Positions 27,294 to 40,200 of a stretch of 64,000 bases of DNA are shown here, in pieces. The notes under the pieces were generated by a model. It was not told where the DNA came from and ran no database searches. It worked only from the letters and a program-made list of their open reading frames with translations. The number at the start of each line of letters is the position of its first letter. Position 1 is the stretch's first letter. The translations under genes were made by a program, and so were the position numbers. The stretch lies in sequence record LC727697.1; one strand, given 5' to 3'.

Positions 27294-30200
27294 ATGTCAC
27301 AAGACGTAAGACAATCTAATCTGTTCGCAGCGGAAGATTATAGAAAAATATATAAAAGTTTTAAGGACGTCGATTTCAAAGCATATGATTTTGATTCCTT
27401 AAAGACTGCGTTAGTTAATTATGTTCAAATTCATTATCCTGAAGATTTTAATGATTACATAGAAAGCTCTGAATTTATTGCTATTATAGAATTACTTGCA
27501 TATCTAGGAACTAGTCTTGCATTCAGAATGGATTTAAATTCTAGAGAAAACTTTATGGATACTGCTGAGCGTAGGGATAGCATTATACGTTTAGCTAGAA
27601 TGATAAACTATCAACCTAAACGAAATATACCTGCTAAAGGGTTATTTAAATTAATAGGTGTGCAAACGTCAGAACCAGTTACAGATTCTCAAGAAAGGAA
27701 TTTAAATAATAGAACTGTGTTTTGGAATGATCCAAACGATATAGATAGTTATGACAAGTTTATAACTATATTAAATGCGGCATTTGCTTCTACTAATCCA
27801 TTCGGTAGACCATTTAAAAGTGGAACAGTAGGTAATATACCTACTAGCTTATATCAATTAAACAACGTAAAAAGGGTAAACGTTGCATTTCCTATACCGA
27901 TAGTTGTTAATAATGTCTCCCTACCGTTTGAAGTAGTTAACTCAGATTTTGACGAAACATTTACGGAAAGACAACCCGATCCAGACGATGCGTTTCATGT
28001 TATATACAGGAACGATGGTCAGGGGTTAGATTCTGCAAACACAGGTTTCTTTTTGCAATTTAAACAAGGTACTCTTGCATTTAAAGATTTTGCATTCGAT
28101 TTTCCTGTTCAAAATAGAATTATAGATATAAATGATAGAAATATAAACGAAACTGATGTGTGGGTCCAAGAGATTAACGAAATTGGAACTGTTGAAGAAA
28201 AATGGACTAAGGTACCTAACGTTTCTGGCGGAACAAATATAATTTATAATAGTATTAACTTAGGTATAAGAAATATATTTGAAGTAGTTTCTAGAGTTAA
28301 TGATCAAATTTCTGTTAAATTCTCTGATGGAAATTTCGGTACTATTCCTACAGGTACATTTAGAGTATGGTATAGAGTTTCATCTAACACTACTTTTACT
28401 TTACGTCCGGAAGAAGCATCCGGGATGGAATTAGTAATACCGTATATAGGTGCGGATTCTCAACAATATGATCTTCGATTAATTTTTAGTTTAGAACAAA
28501 CTATATCTAATTCTTCGCCTACAGAAACAAACGATGAGATAAAAACCAGAGCACCGCAAGTATACTATACCCAAGATAGAATGGTAAACAACGAGGATTA
28601 TAATGTTTTCCCGTTAACGCAGGGTAGTTCTATTGCAAAAGTTCATGCTATCAATAGAACTCATTCTGGACATTCTAGATACATAGATATTAACGATCCC
28701 ACTGGATTTCATCAAAATTTAAATATTTTCGGCGAAGATGGTTCTATATACAATCAGAGTACTGTGCCTTCTACTACAGTAGCAATGGGTGATAAATTAG
28801 TTAGCGAAAATATAGTAGTTAGAAATAATTTACAGACATTTATCAGAAATCAAGATTTAATCAACTTTTATTGGAATAATTACCTAAGTGAGTATATAAG
28901 ATATAGACAAAACCCAACTCCTAACCCCATAAATACCTCTATTGTTCGTCCCGGAGTTCCTAATATATTTAGATACACTTCTACTCAAGCAAAGTGGGTA
29001 ACGTATCCGTCGTCTGATGCAACTAATACAGGATACTTAGTTAAAGGATCTACCAACTATATATATCCTACGAATTATAATAATAGACCAGAAGGGGAAT
29101 TTAGATTCCTTTCTGTCGGATCTAAAATTAAATTTACAAACGGTACAGAATATAAAGAAGTAACAGTTAAAAGTATTACTAACCCAGTGTCACAAGGGGA
29201 TGCAACTACAGATAATGAGTTTATTGCAACTAGATTAAACGCAAGTTTATTTGTATTTGATATAGAAATTCCAGCCAATTGGTATGTAGATAGTGTATAT
29301 CCTAGATATAAAACAACGTTTGATACAGAAGAAACTACAGATATAGCAAATCAACTATTTAGAAGAAATGAATTTGGATTAAAGTACGATATAGATGTAG
29401 ATCCAGAAGGTTCGTGGTTTATTGTATTGGGCGTACCCACTACAAATTTAGATAATTTTGAATTCGATTTATCTTTATCTCAACCTGCAGTTAGAAAAGA
29501 CTGGATGCTTGTTTTGACGTATTCTACCGAAACAGATAATTACACATTTTTATCAAGAGGAACAAAGTTTATATTTGAAACAAATGGTACCGTAGAATTT
29601 TACTACGATACTGACGAAACCGAATTTGATATAAACACCGGTTCTGCACAAAGAGATGAAATAGAAATATTAGGAATTAACACAGGTCCTACTATAGTAG
29701 AAAATTGGCAGTTTATCGGAAACGGTCAATGGCGTTTGGTTAACGGTATAGTTAGTTTAACATATCCCGACAACAAAATAATTTTAAAATACAGAGATAC
29801 TTTACCTAAAGAAATTCAGTATTGGCAAAACGGCATATTATTACCGGGTGCATTGCCAACCGGAGCTGCATCTGCTGGCGTTTTAGATGCAGAATATGTA
29901 GGGCAACAAGTTAACGATATTATACGAATATTTTATTCTAATCAAGGCCAATTGGGTAATTCTATTGTCTGGAATTCTTTCCAAACATTTATAGAATCTG
30001 ACGGCTATAGTGATCCCAGAAAAATAGTAGTAGTTCCTGCAGACAGAGATAGAGACGGTATACCAGATAATACTTTTATTTTTGAACAATTTGTTTCACC
30101 TACGGATTTAGTTTTTCACGAAAAAACCACAGATTACGACGGGTATGAATATAATAGATTATGGCAAGCATCTTGGTTAGATCTTCGCCAACAGAATCCT

Positions 30201-31253
30201 AATAGTTTAGATTTTAATTATAATGATGTTGTTGCAAGGGACTTAGTTTTAATTGCAAGTGCAGCAGAATCATCTTTTAAATCATTGCTAAGGACTAAAG
30301 TATTAGAAGCAATATATTCTGATAATTATAATAGTAATAATAGTGTTGATGGGACAACTATTTTTATAGAACGCATAGAAAATGACGGAATAAATATTGT
30401 AACACAGAATTTAGATTCTCCTGGTAGTCGTATTTTTGAAACAATACGCATTAACAATGGAAATAATCAAACTATTAACGAAATAACAGGTATAACCGCA
30501 GCAAAGGCTAATTCGTCTTCATTAGCACAGTTTATGACATTAACTGCAAGTTATGCTGTATTATCATATGTGTTTGATGATGACCATAGTGTTAGTAACG
30601 GAAGGGGTTATACACAGAATGAGGATTCTCAGTTTTATCCGTTGCATTATAAATGGAAACATTATGCTCCTTCAGATAACAGAATAGATCCTAGTATAAG
30701 TAATATTGTAGATATGGTAACTTTAACACAATCGTATTATGACGATATCCTTAAATGGAAAAATCAAAATTTACCTATCGAACGTTTCCCTGAATCGCCT
30801 ACTACTGAAGAACTAAGAATACAATTTGGTGATCTTAGTACATACAAAATGCTGTCAGACCAAATTGTATTCCAGCCTGCTAGATTTAAAGTATTATTTG
30901 GTCAGCAAGCAAGAGAAGAATACAAATGTACATTCAAAGTAGTTAAAGTAGGTTCCACTACTTTAACTGATAACGAAATAAAATCTAAAGTTGTTTCTGC
31001 AATAGACGAATATTTTAACATAAACAACTGGGATTTCGGTGAATCATTCTATTATACAGAATTAGCAGCATACATTCACCAAACCCTAGCGGGAGTTATA
31101 GGTTCGGTTGTTATAGTACCTATAGAACAAACTTCTAAATTTGGTAATTTATTCCAAATTAGAGCAGAATCGGATGAATTGTTTATATCTACTGCAACTG
31201 TAGCTAATGTAGAGATAGTAAATAACTTAACAGAAATGAATATGAGAATTTAA
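27294..31253 (+). CDS. gp6: Baseplate wedge protein, gp6-like (extended)
   Basis: DFDSLK, DYIESSE, FSDGNFG, QDRMVNNEDY and NWDFGESFY motifs. Confidence 0.85.
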   Translation: MSQDVRQSNLFAAEDYRKIYKSFKDVDFKAYDFDSLKTALVNYVQIHYPEDFNDYIESSEFIAIIELLAYLGTSLAFRMDLNSRENFMDTAERRDSIIRLARMINYQPKRNIPAKGLFKLIGVQTSEPVTDSQERNLNNRTVFWNDPNDIDSYDKFITILNAAFASTNPFGRPFKSGTVGNIPTSLYQLNNVKRVNVAFPIPIVVNNVSLPFEVVNSDFDETFTERQPDPDDAFHVIYRNDGQGLDSANTGFFLQFKQGTLAFKDFAFDFPVQNRIIDINDRNINETDVWVQEINEIGTVEEKWTKVPNVSGGTNIIYNSINLGIRNIFEVVSRVNDQISVKFSDGNFGTIPTGTFRVWYRVSSNTTFTLRPEEASGMELVIPYIGADSQQYDLRLIFSLEQTISNSSPTETNDEIKTRAPQVYYTQDRMVNNEDYNVFPLTQGSSIAKVHAINRTHSGHSRYIDINDPTGFHQNLNIFGEDGSIYNQSTVPSTTVAMGDKLVSENIVVRNNLQTFIRNQDLINFYWNNYLSEYIRYRQNPTPNPINTSIVRPGVPNIFRYTSTQAKWVTYPSSDATNTGYLVKGSTNYIYPTNYNNRPEGEFRFLSVGSKIKFTNGTEYKEVTVKSITNPVSQGDATTDNEFIATRLNASLFVFDIEIPANWYVDSVYPRYKTTFDTEETTDIANQLFRRNEFGLKYDIDVDPEGSWFIVLGVPTTNLDNFEFDLSLSQPAVRKDWMLVLTYSTETDNYTFLSRGTKFIFETNGTVEFYYDTDETEFDINTGSAQRDEIEILGINTGPTIVENWQFIGNGQWRLVNGIVSLTYPDNKIILKYRDTLPKEIQYWQNGILLPGALPTGAASAGVLDAEYVGQQVNDIIRIFYSNQGQLGNSIVWNSFQTFIESDGYSDPRKIVVVPADRDRDGIPDNTFIFEQFVSPTDLVFHEKTTDYDGYEYNRLWQASWLDLRQQNPNSLDFNYNDVVARDLVLIASAAESSFKSLLRTKVLEAIYSDNYNSNNSVDGTTIFIERIENDGINIVTQNLDSPGSRIFETIRINNGNNQTINEITGITAAKANSSSLAQFMTLTASYAVLSYVFDDDHSVSNGRGYTQNEDSQFYPLHYKWKHYAPSDNRIDPSISNIVDMVTLTQSYYDDILKWKNQNLPIERFPESPTTEELRIQFGDLSTYKMLSDQIVFQPARFKVLFGQQAREEYKCTFKVVKVGSTTLTDNEIKSKVVSAIDEYFNINNWDFGESFYYTELAAYIHQTLAGVIGSVVIVPIEQTSKFGNLFQIRAESDELFISTATVANVEIVNNLTEMNMRI

Positions 31254-31259
31254 CCAAAA

Positions 31260-34200
31260 ATGGCAACATTAAAAACGTTTAACAAGTTACCTGGTATATT
31301 TAGAACAGATACCCAAAAAAGATTCTTTTTAGCTACATTTGAGCAACTATTTTCTAAAAAGAATGTAGAGGATATAACTGCTTACATAGGTAGAAGAGTT
31401 CCTGGTAGACATGATCCTATAAACGATTATTACTTAGCAGAACCTACTAAAGAACGGACTTGGTATCAGTTAGAAGCAACCTCGTATAGTATTGATTCTA
31501 CTACGTTAGATCAAACAAATATAATGTTTTACCAAGACTTGTTAAACAGGTTAAATTATTATGGTGCCAATACAAAGAATAATGACACTTTATTTTCTGG
31601 CGGATATTATTCTTTCGGTCCGCCGATAGATTTAGATAAATTTATAAATTTCCAAAATTATTATTGGATAGAAGATCGGCTGCCTGTTATTATGTTAACA
31701 GTAGAAAACGAAAGTGGTATAAACGCAGACGAATGGATAATAAACAATATAATAGGAAAAAAGAACGCCAGTATAACATTAGAAAACGGTAATACTATTC
31801 AGCTTTCTAACGGACTCAGAATACAATATACTAACTCGTCTTCATTTAATAGACCATTAACTGTAGAAGGTGTCGGAAAAGGTATTATTTTAGTAAAAGA
31901 TGAATCTCACTTAGTAGATACTGTTGGCTCTGTAGATTATATCACTATAGAACGCGGCTGCAGAGATGGCAACGCATGGTCCCGCACTAACAAATGGTAT
32001 CATAAATCTGTAATGGCAACTTCTGCCTCTGCAACCAATACATCTACGTATAACAACGCAGTTAAGGCAAGAAGACCTATTATAGAGTTTGATAGAGATA
32101 TAGAGTTATTTAAATCTGGAAATAATTACTTAGGTGAAGTTAATCTAGTAGCCGAGTCTGATAGTATTTCTAGTATATCAAATTCTGCATCATACACTAT
32201 TGATGGAAAACTATTAGAAGATCAAGATAAGTTAATTTTCTTATCTAATAGCACAATAACTTATCCAATTGTAGATACATTTATTGCAGATGCAGCGCCA
32301 TACAATATAATATTACGAAAACCATTTACTGATACAGATGATATATTTGTAATTGTAAAACGTGGTAACAAAATGTTTTACAATCCCGAATGGTATTCGT
32401 ACGAAGATGAATTAAACCAAATGAATTTCATTGCAGACACAAAAGGATTGCAATGGAATCCCATTTCGTATGATATAAACAATGTTAGTTTTGAAAACAT
32501 AACAAATGGCGTTGAATATAAATTTTATACACCATCTAGCGTAGGAACTATTAAGACTATAGATGTAGTTAACAGAGGAACATCTATAAGACAGCCGAGA
32601 ACTTCGTTTACATTTAATGTAGAAACATTAAATACACCTGTTGGTAAGAATAATAGCATTGTAACCATTACAGGAACTACCTTACCTACTAATTTAGCAT
32701 TTGATGTAATCATAAATGATAACATAGATGGGTTATTGCCTGGTGACCAAGTAGAAATAAATGTAAACAATAAAGTAAACATGTATAAGAAGCCTGCTGC
32801 TGAAGCAATAGAAGGCCCAGGCGCCAGAAGAACATTTTTATTTAATAATGATTTTACTTTTAATTTTACTCAACAAAATATAGGTAATCATATAATAGGT
32901 ATTCAAATAGATGCATATACAAGAGATGCAAACAATGATCCAGTATCGTATGACTACTTATATAATCCTGCAGATGATTTTGTTAGTTTTACAATAGAAC
33001 AAGATAATGCACTATTAGTAGAATTTAAAAATATAGTGCCCGACGATAGTATTGTTAAATTAATAGTAAGAGATAACGAAACTCTTACACTAAATGCAAC
33101 AGACTATATATGGAAAATAGTTAAAGTAGAACAGCCAGACAATACTGTAGTAAACAGTATAATCCCTGTTCCTAACAAATACACAAAAGTTGCTAAAGGA
33201 GATGTAGTATTAGTAACTGAAGGAGATACATTTGCAGGAGACATGTTCTATTATACTGGAGTACAATGGGAAAGGACTTATAATAGAAAAACAAATGCTA
33301 ACCAAGCTCCTTTATTTAATTTATATTATACCGATTTAGACTCTAATAACAATGCAATTTCGTTGGATAGTTTCCCGCAATCTACATTTGCTGGATCTAA
33401 GATTTTTTCGTATAAAATAAATGAAGAAAGTGCATACGACGATGAAATACTAGGATTTCCTATTGAAGTAAAAAACTTAGGTCAAATATCCGATATTGTG
33501 TTTAGACACGATCTTCACATGGATGTATTCCAATACTTTAACGGAAATGAATTCGAACCAATAAAAGGTTATTATTATTTTAAACAATGGAATTATACAA
33601 TATCTGGCTCTAATCCCACATATGAGCATACCTGGGTGCCATTTGACGGAAATTCTAAACAAAGAGTAATAGATAGATTTGTAGTATCGGATTCTTCGCA
33701 AAAAGAATACGAACTAAGCGTAACACCCGAAGAATTGGAACCGGGTATATTTGACATAAGAGTAGAATACAATAAATCTACCCTTGCACAGAATGTGGAA
33801 TTTACTATAGTCCTAGATAACGACGGGAAACCTACTAAAACTATAAAAATATTGAGATCACTCTCTGCAACTGATGTTATTCAAACATACACCTATTCTA
33901 AAGAAGCTTTGCCAGATAACGCACTAGGGTATTATCAAATTCCACAACAATTAGAGAATAACCCTAACAACTTAGAAGTAAATGAATACTCGTCGAATGA
34001 GTTAACAAACCATTTTGTTAGTATAATGACTAATCAAATAGGATTTAAAGGAGATCCTTATAGTTCTAATAATAATTACAGAGATACTGCTGAAGACAAA
34101 TCTTTAGGTACATTTATTCTACAAAACAGAAGTCCATTGTTAAAAACAATGCTTGTATCTTCTAGCGAAGAATTAAATATAAATTCTGCTATAAGATTTG

Positions 34201-37200
34201 CACGCGACGAGTATACTAGATATAAAGATAAGTTCATAAAATATGCAAAAGAATTAATAGCAGCGCCTTTAAATCAAAATACAAACCCAGTAAACATAGA
34301 TGCATTGTTTACGTATGTGATAAATCGCGTTACTAGTACGTTCGAATACAATGGTGCCTTCACACAGTCATATATGGCTGCATGGGGTGATGTATACGAT
34401 GAATACAATTTCTCTAGCGCATCGGTAGGAAATACATTATTGGTGCCGACTAATAACATATTAGGTAAAATGGATTCTTCTGTTCTTGTATTTAGAAGAT
34501 CTGGTACTTCTGTTGATTACAATACATTAACAATAGATAAAGACTATACACTATCGTATTCTAATAATAATTTAGTTGTTAAACTGTCTAGCACACTTTC
34601 GAATACGTCGTATATTGTTCGTATATACAATAACATACTTTCTGCAAAAATACCTGCAACACCTTCTAAAATAGGATGTTATCCTGTATATCAACCTAAA
34701 ATAATTGTAGATACTAGTTATGTTACTCCTACAGAAGTAATTTTAGGTCATGATGGTTCTAAAATACCCACCTACGGCGATATTAGGGATGATCTATTAT
34801 TAGAATTCGAAACAAGAATATATAACAATATTGCCGACAAATTTAGACTAGATTACAATTTATTACTTAAATTAGACGATGTAAAACCGACAAAATTTTA
34901 TGAAAACGGGTATACTCTGCAACAATATAATGAAATAGTAAAACCTTATTTCTTAAAATGGTGTTTAAAGAATAGTCTTAATTATAAATTATATTCTGGA
35001 TTTAATTCGTTAAACTGGAAAACCTGGAATTATCGTCCGGTTAGTAACGATTCTATCGGATCTTGGCGCGGATTATACAAATACTACTATAACACACTAA
35101 CACCTAATAAAACACCATGGGAAATGTTAGGGTTTGTAGAAAAGCCGACCTGGTGGGATGAAGAATATAATGGAGATTATACTTCACAAAATACTGATAT
35201 GTGGACTGACATTGAAAACGGTATAATTCGCCGTGGCAATAGAGCAGGCACCCATGAAAAGTATAAAAGGACTGGATTAGTTCCAAATCTAATACCGTCA
35301 GATACTTCTGGTGATTTAAAAACACCAGAGGAGTTAGGTATAGTTCCGCAGCTTTCTAATCAAGAAATAGAAACACTTCAAGACGAATGGATATTCGGGG
35401 ACAATAGTCCTGTAGAAGAAGCATGGTATACTAATTCGGAATGGCCATTTGTTCAGTTAGAATTGTTATATTTAATGAAACCTGCAGATTTCGGAGAAAG
35501 ATACTGGAATCCACTTGACGATACAAGAGCATCCATAAACGCGAAGCAGTATATATCAAGTTCTACGTATACCAGAATTGCTAATAGTAACACATATGCC
35601 CACGGCGAAGTAGTAAATGGAAATATAGTGTTAAACTCTGGATATCAACAATATGTATTTGATAGATTGTCCTTCATGGGTAAACAAGATATTACATACA
35701 ATTTCGGTAGTAAGATACGTTCGTTAGATGTTTGTTTAGCACATAGACTTGCAGGATATACTAATGTAGATACATTGAATGTATATGCCGATAGTATATC
35801 CGGTGGCTCTACTAATTCTAGCATGTTGTTACCTAACGAAAATATACATGTAAGAGTATACACCGGCAAACCTATAACCGAATACGTATTCAGCGGTGTT
35901 GCAATACGTGTAAACGAATATGGTAAATTTGAAGTAAGAGGATATGATGTATTAAATCCTGTATTTAAAGTTGTTCCTAGAAGTACGTTAGTATCTGGAA
36001 CTACAATAAATGTAGGCGGAACAACTTCTAATTTCACAATTTATGACACTAATGTTCAGTACAATTACGGAGATGTAGTTCGATACAATGGAGTCTACTA
36101 TCAATGCGTTGTCATTGCAGCACAAGGAAAATTTAATCAAGATAACTGGATGCGTCTAAAATCGCTTCCTGCAACTGGCGGTATAACAGTAAACTATATT
36201 AATGAAGGTGATTATAGCGAATTCTACGAAATAGAATACGGAAGTGAATTAGATACTCCTCAGGATGTATTTGATTTCCTAATAGGATATGGTCAGTATT
36301 TAGAATTAAACGGATGGAAATTTAACGAAATAGACCAAACTACAGGAGAAGTATTAAATTGGGTTACTTCTGCTAAGGGATTCTTATTCTGGGCAACTAC
36401 TCAATGGGCACCAAATAACACTTTATTCGTCGCACCTGGCGCTTCTAAAATTACATTAGAAGTAAACGAAGGTTATCCTGAGAAGGTAGAAAGAATATCA
36501 AATGGTGTTTATAGTATATTAGATCAAAACGGATATGCCATATCGCCCAATGATACTATTATAGATAGGGACAGAAGAACTATCTCTGTATCTCACGAAA
36601 GCGATCAAATTGGAATATATCTATTCCGTGTTTCTACAAGCGATACAGAACACGCTATATTATTTGATAACAAAACTATATTTAATGATACTATATACGA
36701 TCCGTTACTATACTCTAGGCAAAAAAGACTTCAGTTGCGCGGCATTCGCACAAACGATTGGTACGGTAAATTTGAGGCGGATGGTTATTTAATACAAGAT
36801 GATAATCTATTACAAAACTTTGAAAATTTAACTGATTCGATATGGCATTATTACGATACTGAAAATACATTAGATAATCCTATAATAGAACAAACTGCTA
36901 GACATTTAATAGGATTCCAAGATAGAGAGTATTTAAACAATCTACGTATTACAGGCGATCAGCAATATCTATTCTATAAAGGCATGATTTCTCAGAAAGG
37001 TACAAAGCAGTCTGTAGATAAACTCTTACGATCTGAATTTATTAAAAGTAATGAAAATATTCAGATTTACGAGGAATTTGCATTTAAGTTAGCAGATTTT
37101 GGTGCTACTAATAGTAATGCACAATTAGAAGTATTAATTGACGGCGATTTAGTAAAAAGTGATCCGCAAATAGTAGAATTATCATATCCTGTATCATATG

Positions 37201-40200
37201 GTACAGGTAAAGTTTCTGAAGTTAGAGTATTAAGTTCAGAAATGATTTATACTACTACACCTATAATAGTATTTGCTACACCCGAAGAAGCTAATGCTGG
37301 CTTAGATCCTAATGTAGATGCATATTTGCAAGGCAATCAATTAAATAGCCCCAATAATAGTATTGTAGAGGAAATTAGAGCAACAGGACAGGTTGTATTA
37401 AAAAATGGAAGAATTGATTCTGTTACTATAACTGAACCGGGATACGGTTATATAAAACCTCCCAAAATAGCAATAATTTATAACCAGACTGTCATAACTA
37501 TCGATAAGTTAATTTCTATTATAAAAAATAAAATAGACGAAGATAGTCCATATGATATGATTATTACTATAGATAGCGATGACAACGAGCGTTGGCTATC
37601 TAAACCTAATGGCAGAATGCCAGTAATTGTAGGTAATGAGATTAAGTATAATGATAGATTAGTTCCTACTACAAAACAGCTAGACGGAAATATACCTACA
37701 GCTGGGTATGTAAACACCAAAGATGTTACTCATCAAATACTATATCCTAAAAATATATTTACATTGTGGGAAAGAAAAGATGTTTCTAAACCGAGTCTAA
37801 CTAGTTACATTTGGGTAGGTAATGCCTCGTCAGTAGGTATCGACTGGGGTGTATTTGTTATATACTCTGGACTAACACCTGCTACTAATGCGCTATATCC
37901 GTATTGTGTTATAAACAATATGGTATATTCGTATACTGTAGATTCGGACGGTGTTATAGATGCAATATTTGATAAAGAAGGTAAACAAGTAACTAATGTA
38001 CCTATACAGAATCCTTTATTCTTTAAAAATGTGAGATTTAAAAATAATGCAACTGTTAACGTAACATCAGGTAAAGTATGGATTGATAGTATAAATTCAG
38101 ATAATGACTGGGCTGTTGCTGTTGTTTCCGGATCTACTATAACAAATATTCGTTCTAGACAAAATTTAGTAGATAGTAAATTATTTGAAAATGCATACTT
38201 CTATGATAAAGACACTAAACAAACTATAGATTTTCTACCAGTTTACGATCCAGTTAAAGGATTAATACCCGGAACTGCTGATAGAAACATTCACTATAAA
38301 TCAGAAATAGATCCTACTACATATTCTGTTTCGGCTAATTCTGCAAATATAGACGACGAATTAGCATTTACAGATTCTGAAGTGGGGAGATTATGGTGGG
38401 ATACATCTACTTGCAGGTATTTACAATATGAACAACCCGGAAAACTAGATGGATCTGAAACCAAAGAACAAATTCTAGAATATAGAAGAGATAATTGGGG
38501 TAAACTATTCCCGGGTTCAGTAATAAATGTCTACGAATGGGTTTCAAGTCCGTTTACGCCTGATTTATACAACGGCACTGGCACACCGAAATCGTTAACA
38601 GATTATGTTGTCAGGTATGACACTAATTCTGCAGGCCAAGCAACACCTATATATTATTATTGGGTAAAAGGTAAACAAGAAATACCTAATAATATAAAAA
38701 GTAGAAATATGACTTCTACTAGTGTAGAGAATCTTATAACTAATCCTAAATCACAGGGTTATAAATGGTTCTCGTTTATAGGAAATAATTCGTTTGTATT
38801 TTCTAATGTATCAAAAACTATTAATGGAAAAACACCAGTATTCCAGGTTAATTATAGATACACTAAAAATATAAACGAGAAACATACAGAATGGAAACTA
38901 CTAAGGGAAGGCGACGAAGTTTCGGTTATCCCTACATATCTATGGAATAGATTAGTAGATAGTTTAGTTGGATATAACATAAACGGAGATATAGTTCCTG
39001 ACCCTACGTTGTCTGAATTTAGTAAATTGGGTATAAAAGTAAGACCTAGACAATCTATGATAGATAATAGAATGGCAGCAAGAAAAGTATTTGTTCAAAA
39101 TGCAAACAGTCTTCTGTCTACTATATCTATAAAAGATTTTAATCCTGCATGGGCTGACGGATTAGCGTCTTCTGTTCTTTGGAGATATGTAAACTGGTAT
39201 GCCGACGGATTTAATCAATTTAATACAACACCTGTAAAACAGGTGTCTACTGTAGGTGAATTAACGGGACTTGTAGGAAAACTAAAAGACGGCGATATAG
39301 TTAAATTAGTAAGACCTGAAGAATTTACACTTTATCAATACAGTAATCAAAATTTTACGCTAATTGGACGTCAGAACAGTGCTATTCAGTTGTTGCCTGC
39401 AATCTATACAGTATCTAGATCATATACAAATGATAATGCACTGCGAGAACTAATATTTGCTCTTTATAACAATGTATTTAAAGACGCAAACTTAGTAATG
39501 AGGAACTTAGTGTTCTTTGCGTTAATAAATTATATTTTATCTGAGCAACAAAACTTAGATTGGGTATTCAAGACTACTTATATAAAAGTTAATCAAGAAG
39601 GAGAAAGTTTAACTCAGCAAGAATCGGTTACAACTGATCCTATACAGAGTTTTATTTCTTATATAAAAGAAATTAAACCGTATACTACAAAAATAAGAGA
39701 CTTAGGGGTAAAATATAATGTTCCTATGGATATCGCGAACGGAACAGCGTATGACTATGATTCATTATATGATTGGCCAGACGATCACGAGGGAGAACAA
39801 GCACCATTCCGTCCGATAGAAGTACCCAGATTATTTGATATAAATTCGTTATACGATCGAGTACAATGCGGTTACATAACTAAACCGAATTATATAGACT
39901 TAGGCGACCAAACATTTATCGGTACCGGTGGCCAAGTAGTTCTTATAGCAAATACTCCTAATGATGAATTTATAGCATTAGATGGAATTTCTCAATATCA
40001 ATTAGGTGCTAATAAAGATATTTCTAGAATAACATCTGTAACAATAAATGGGCAAGAAATAGAAGGTTACACATTCACTACAATATTAAATGCAACATTT
40101 ATAATACTTCCTTCTACTCCTGATGCAGGTGATGTAATAATAGTAAACTACACCGATATAAAATCTGTTTGGAAAATTAAGGTAGATGGAAAAACTATTA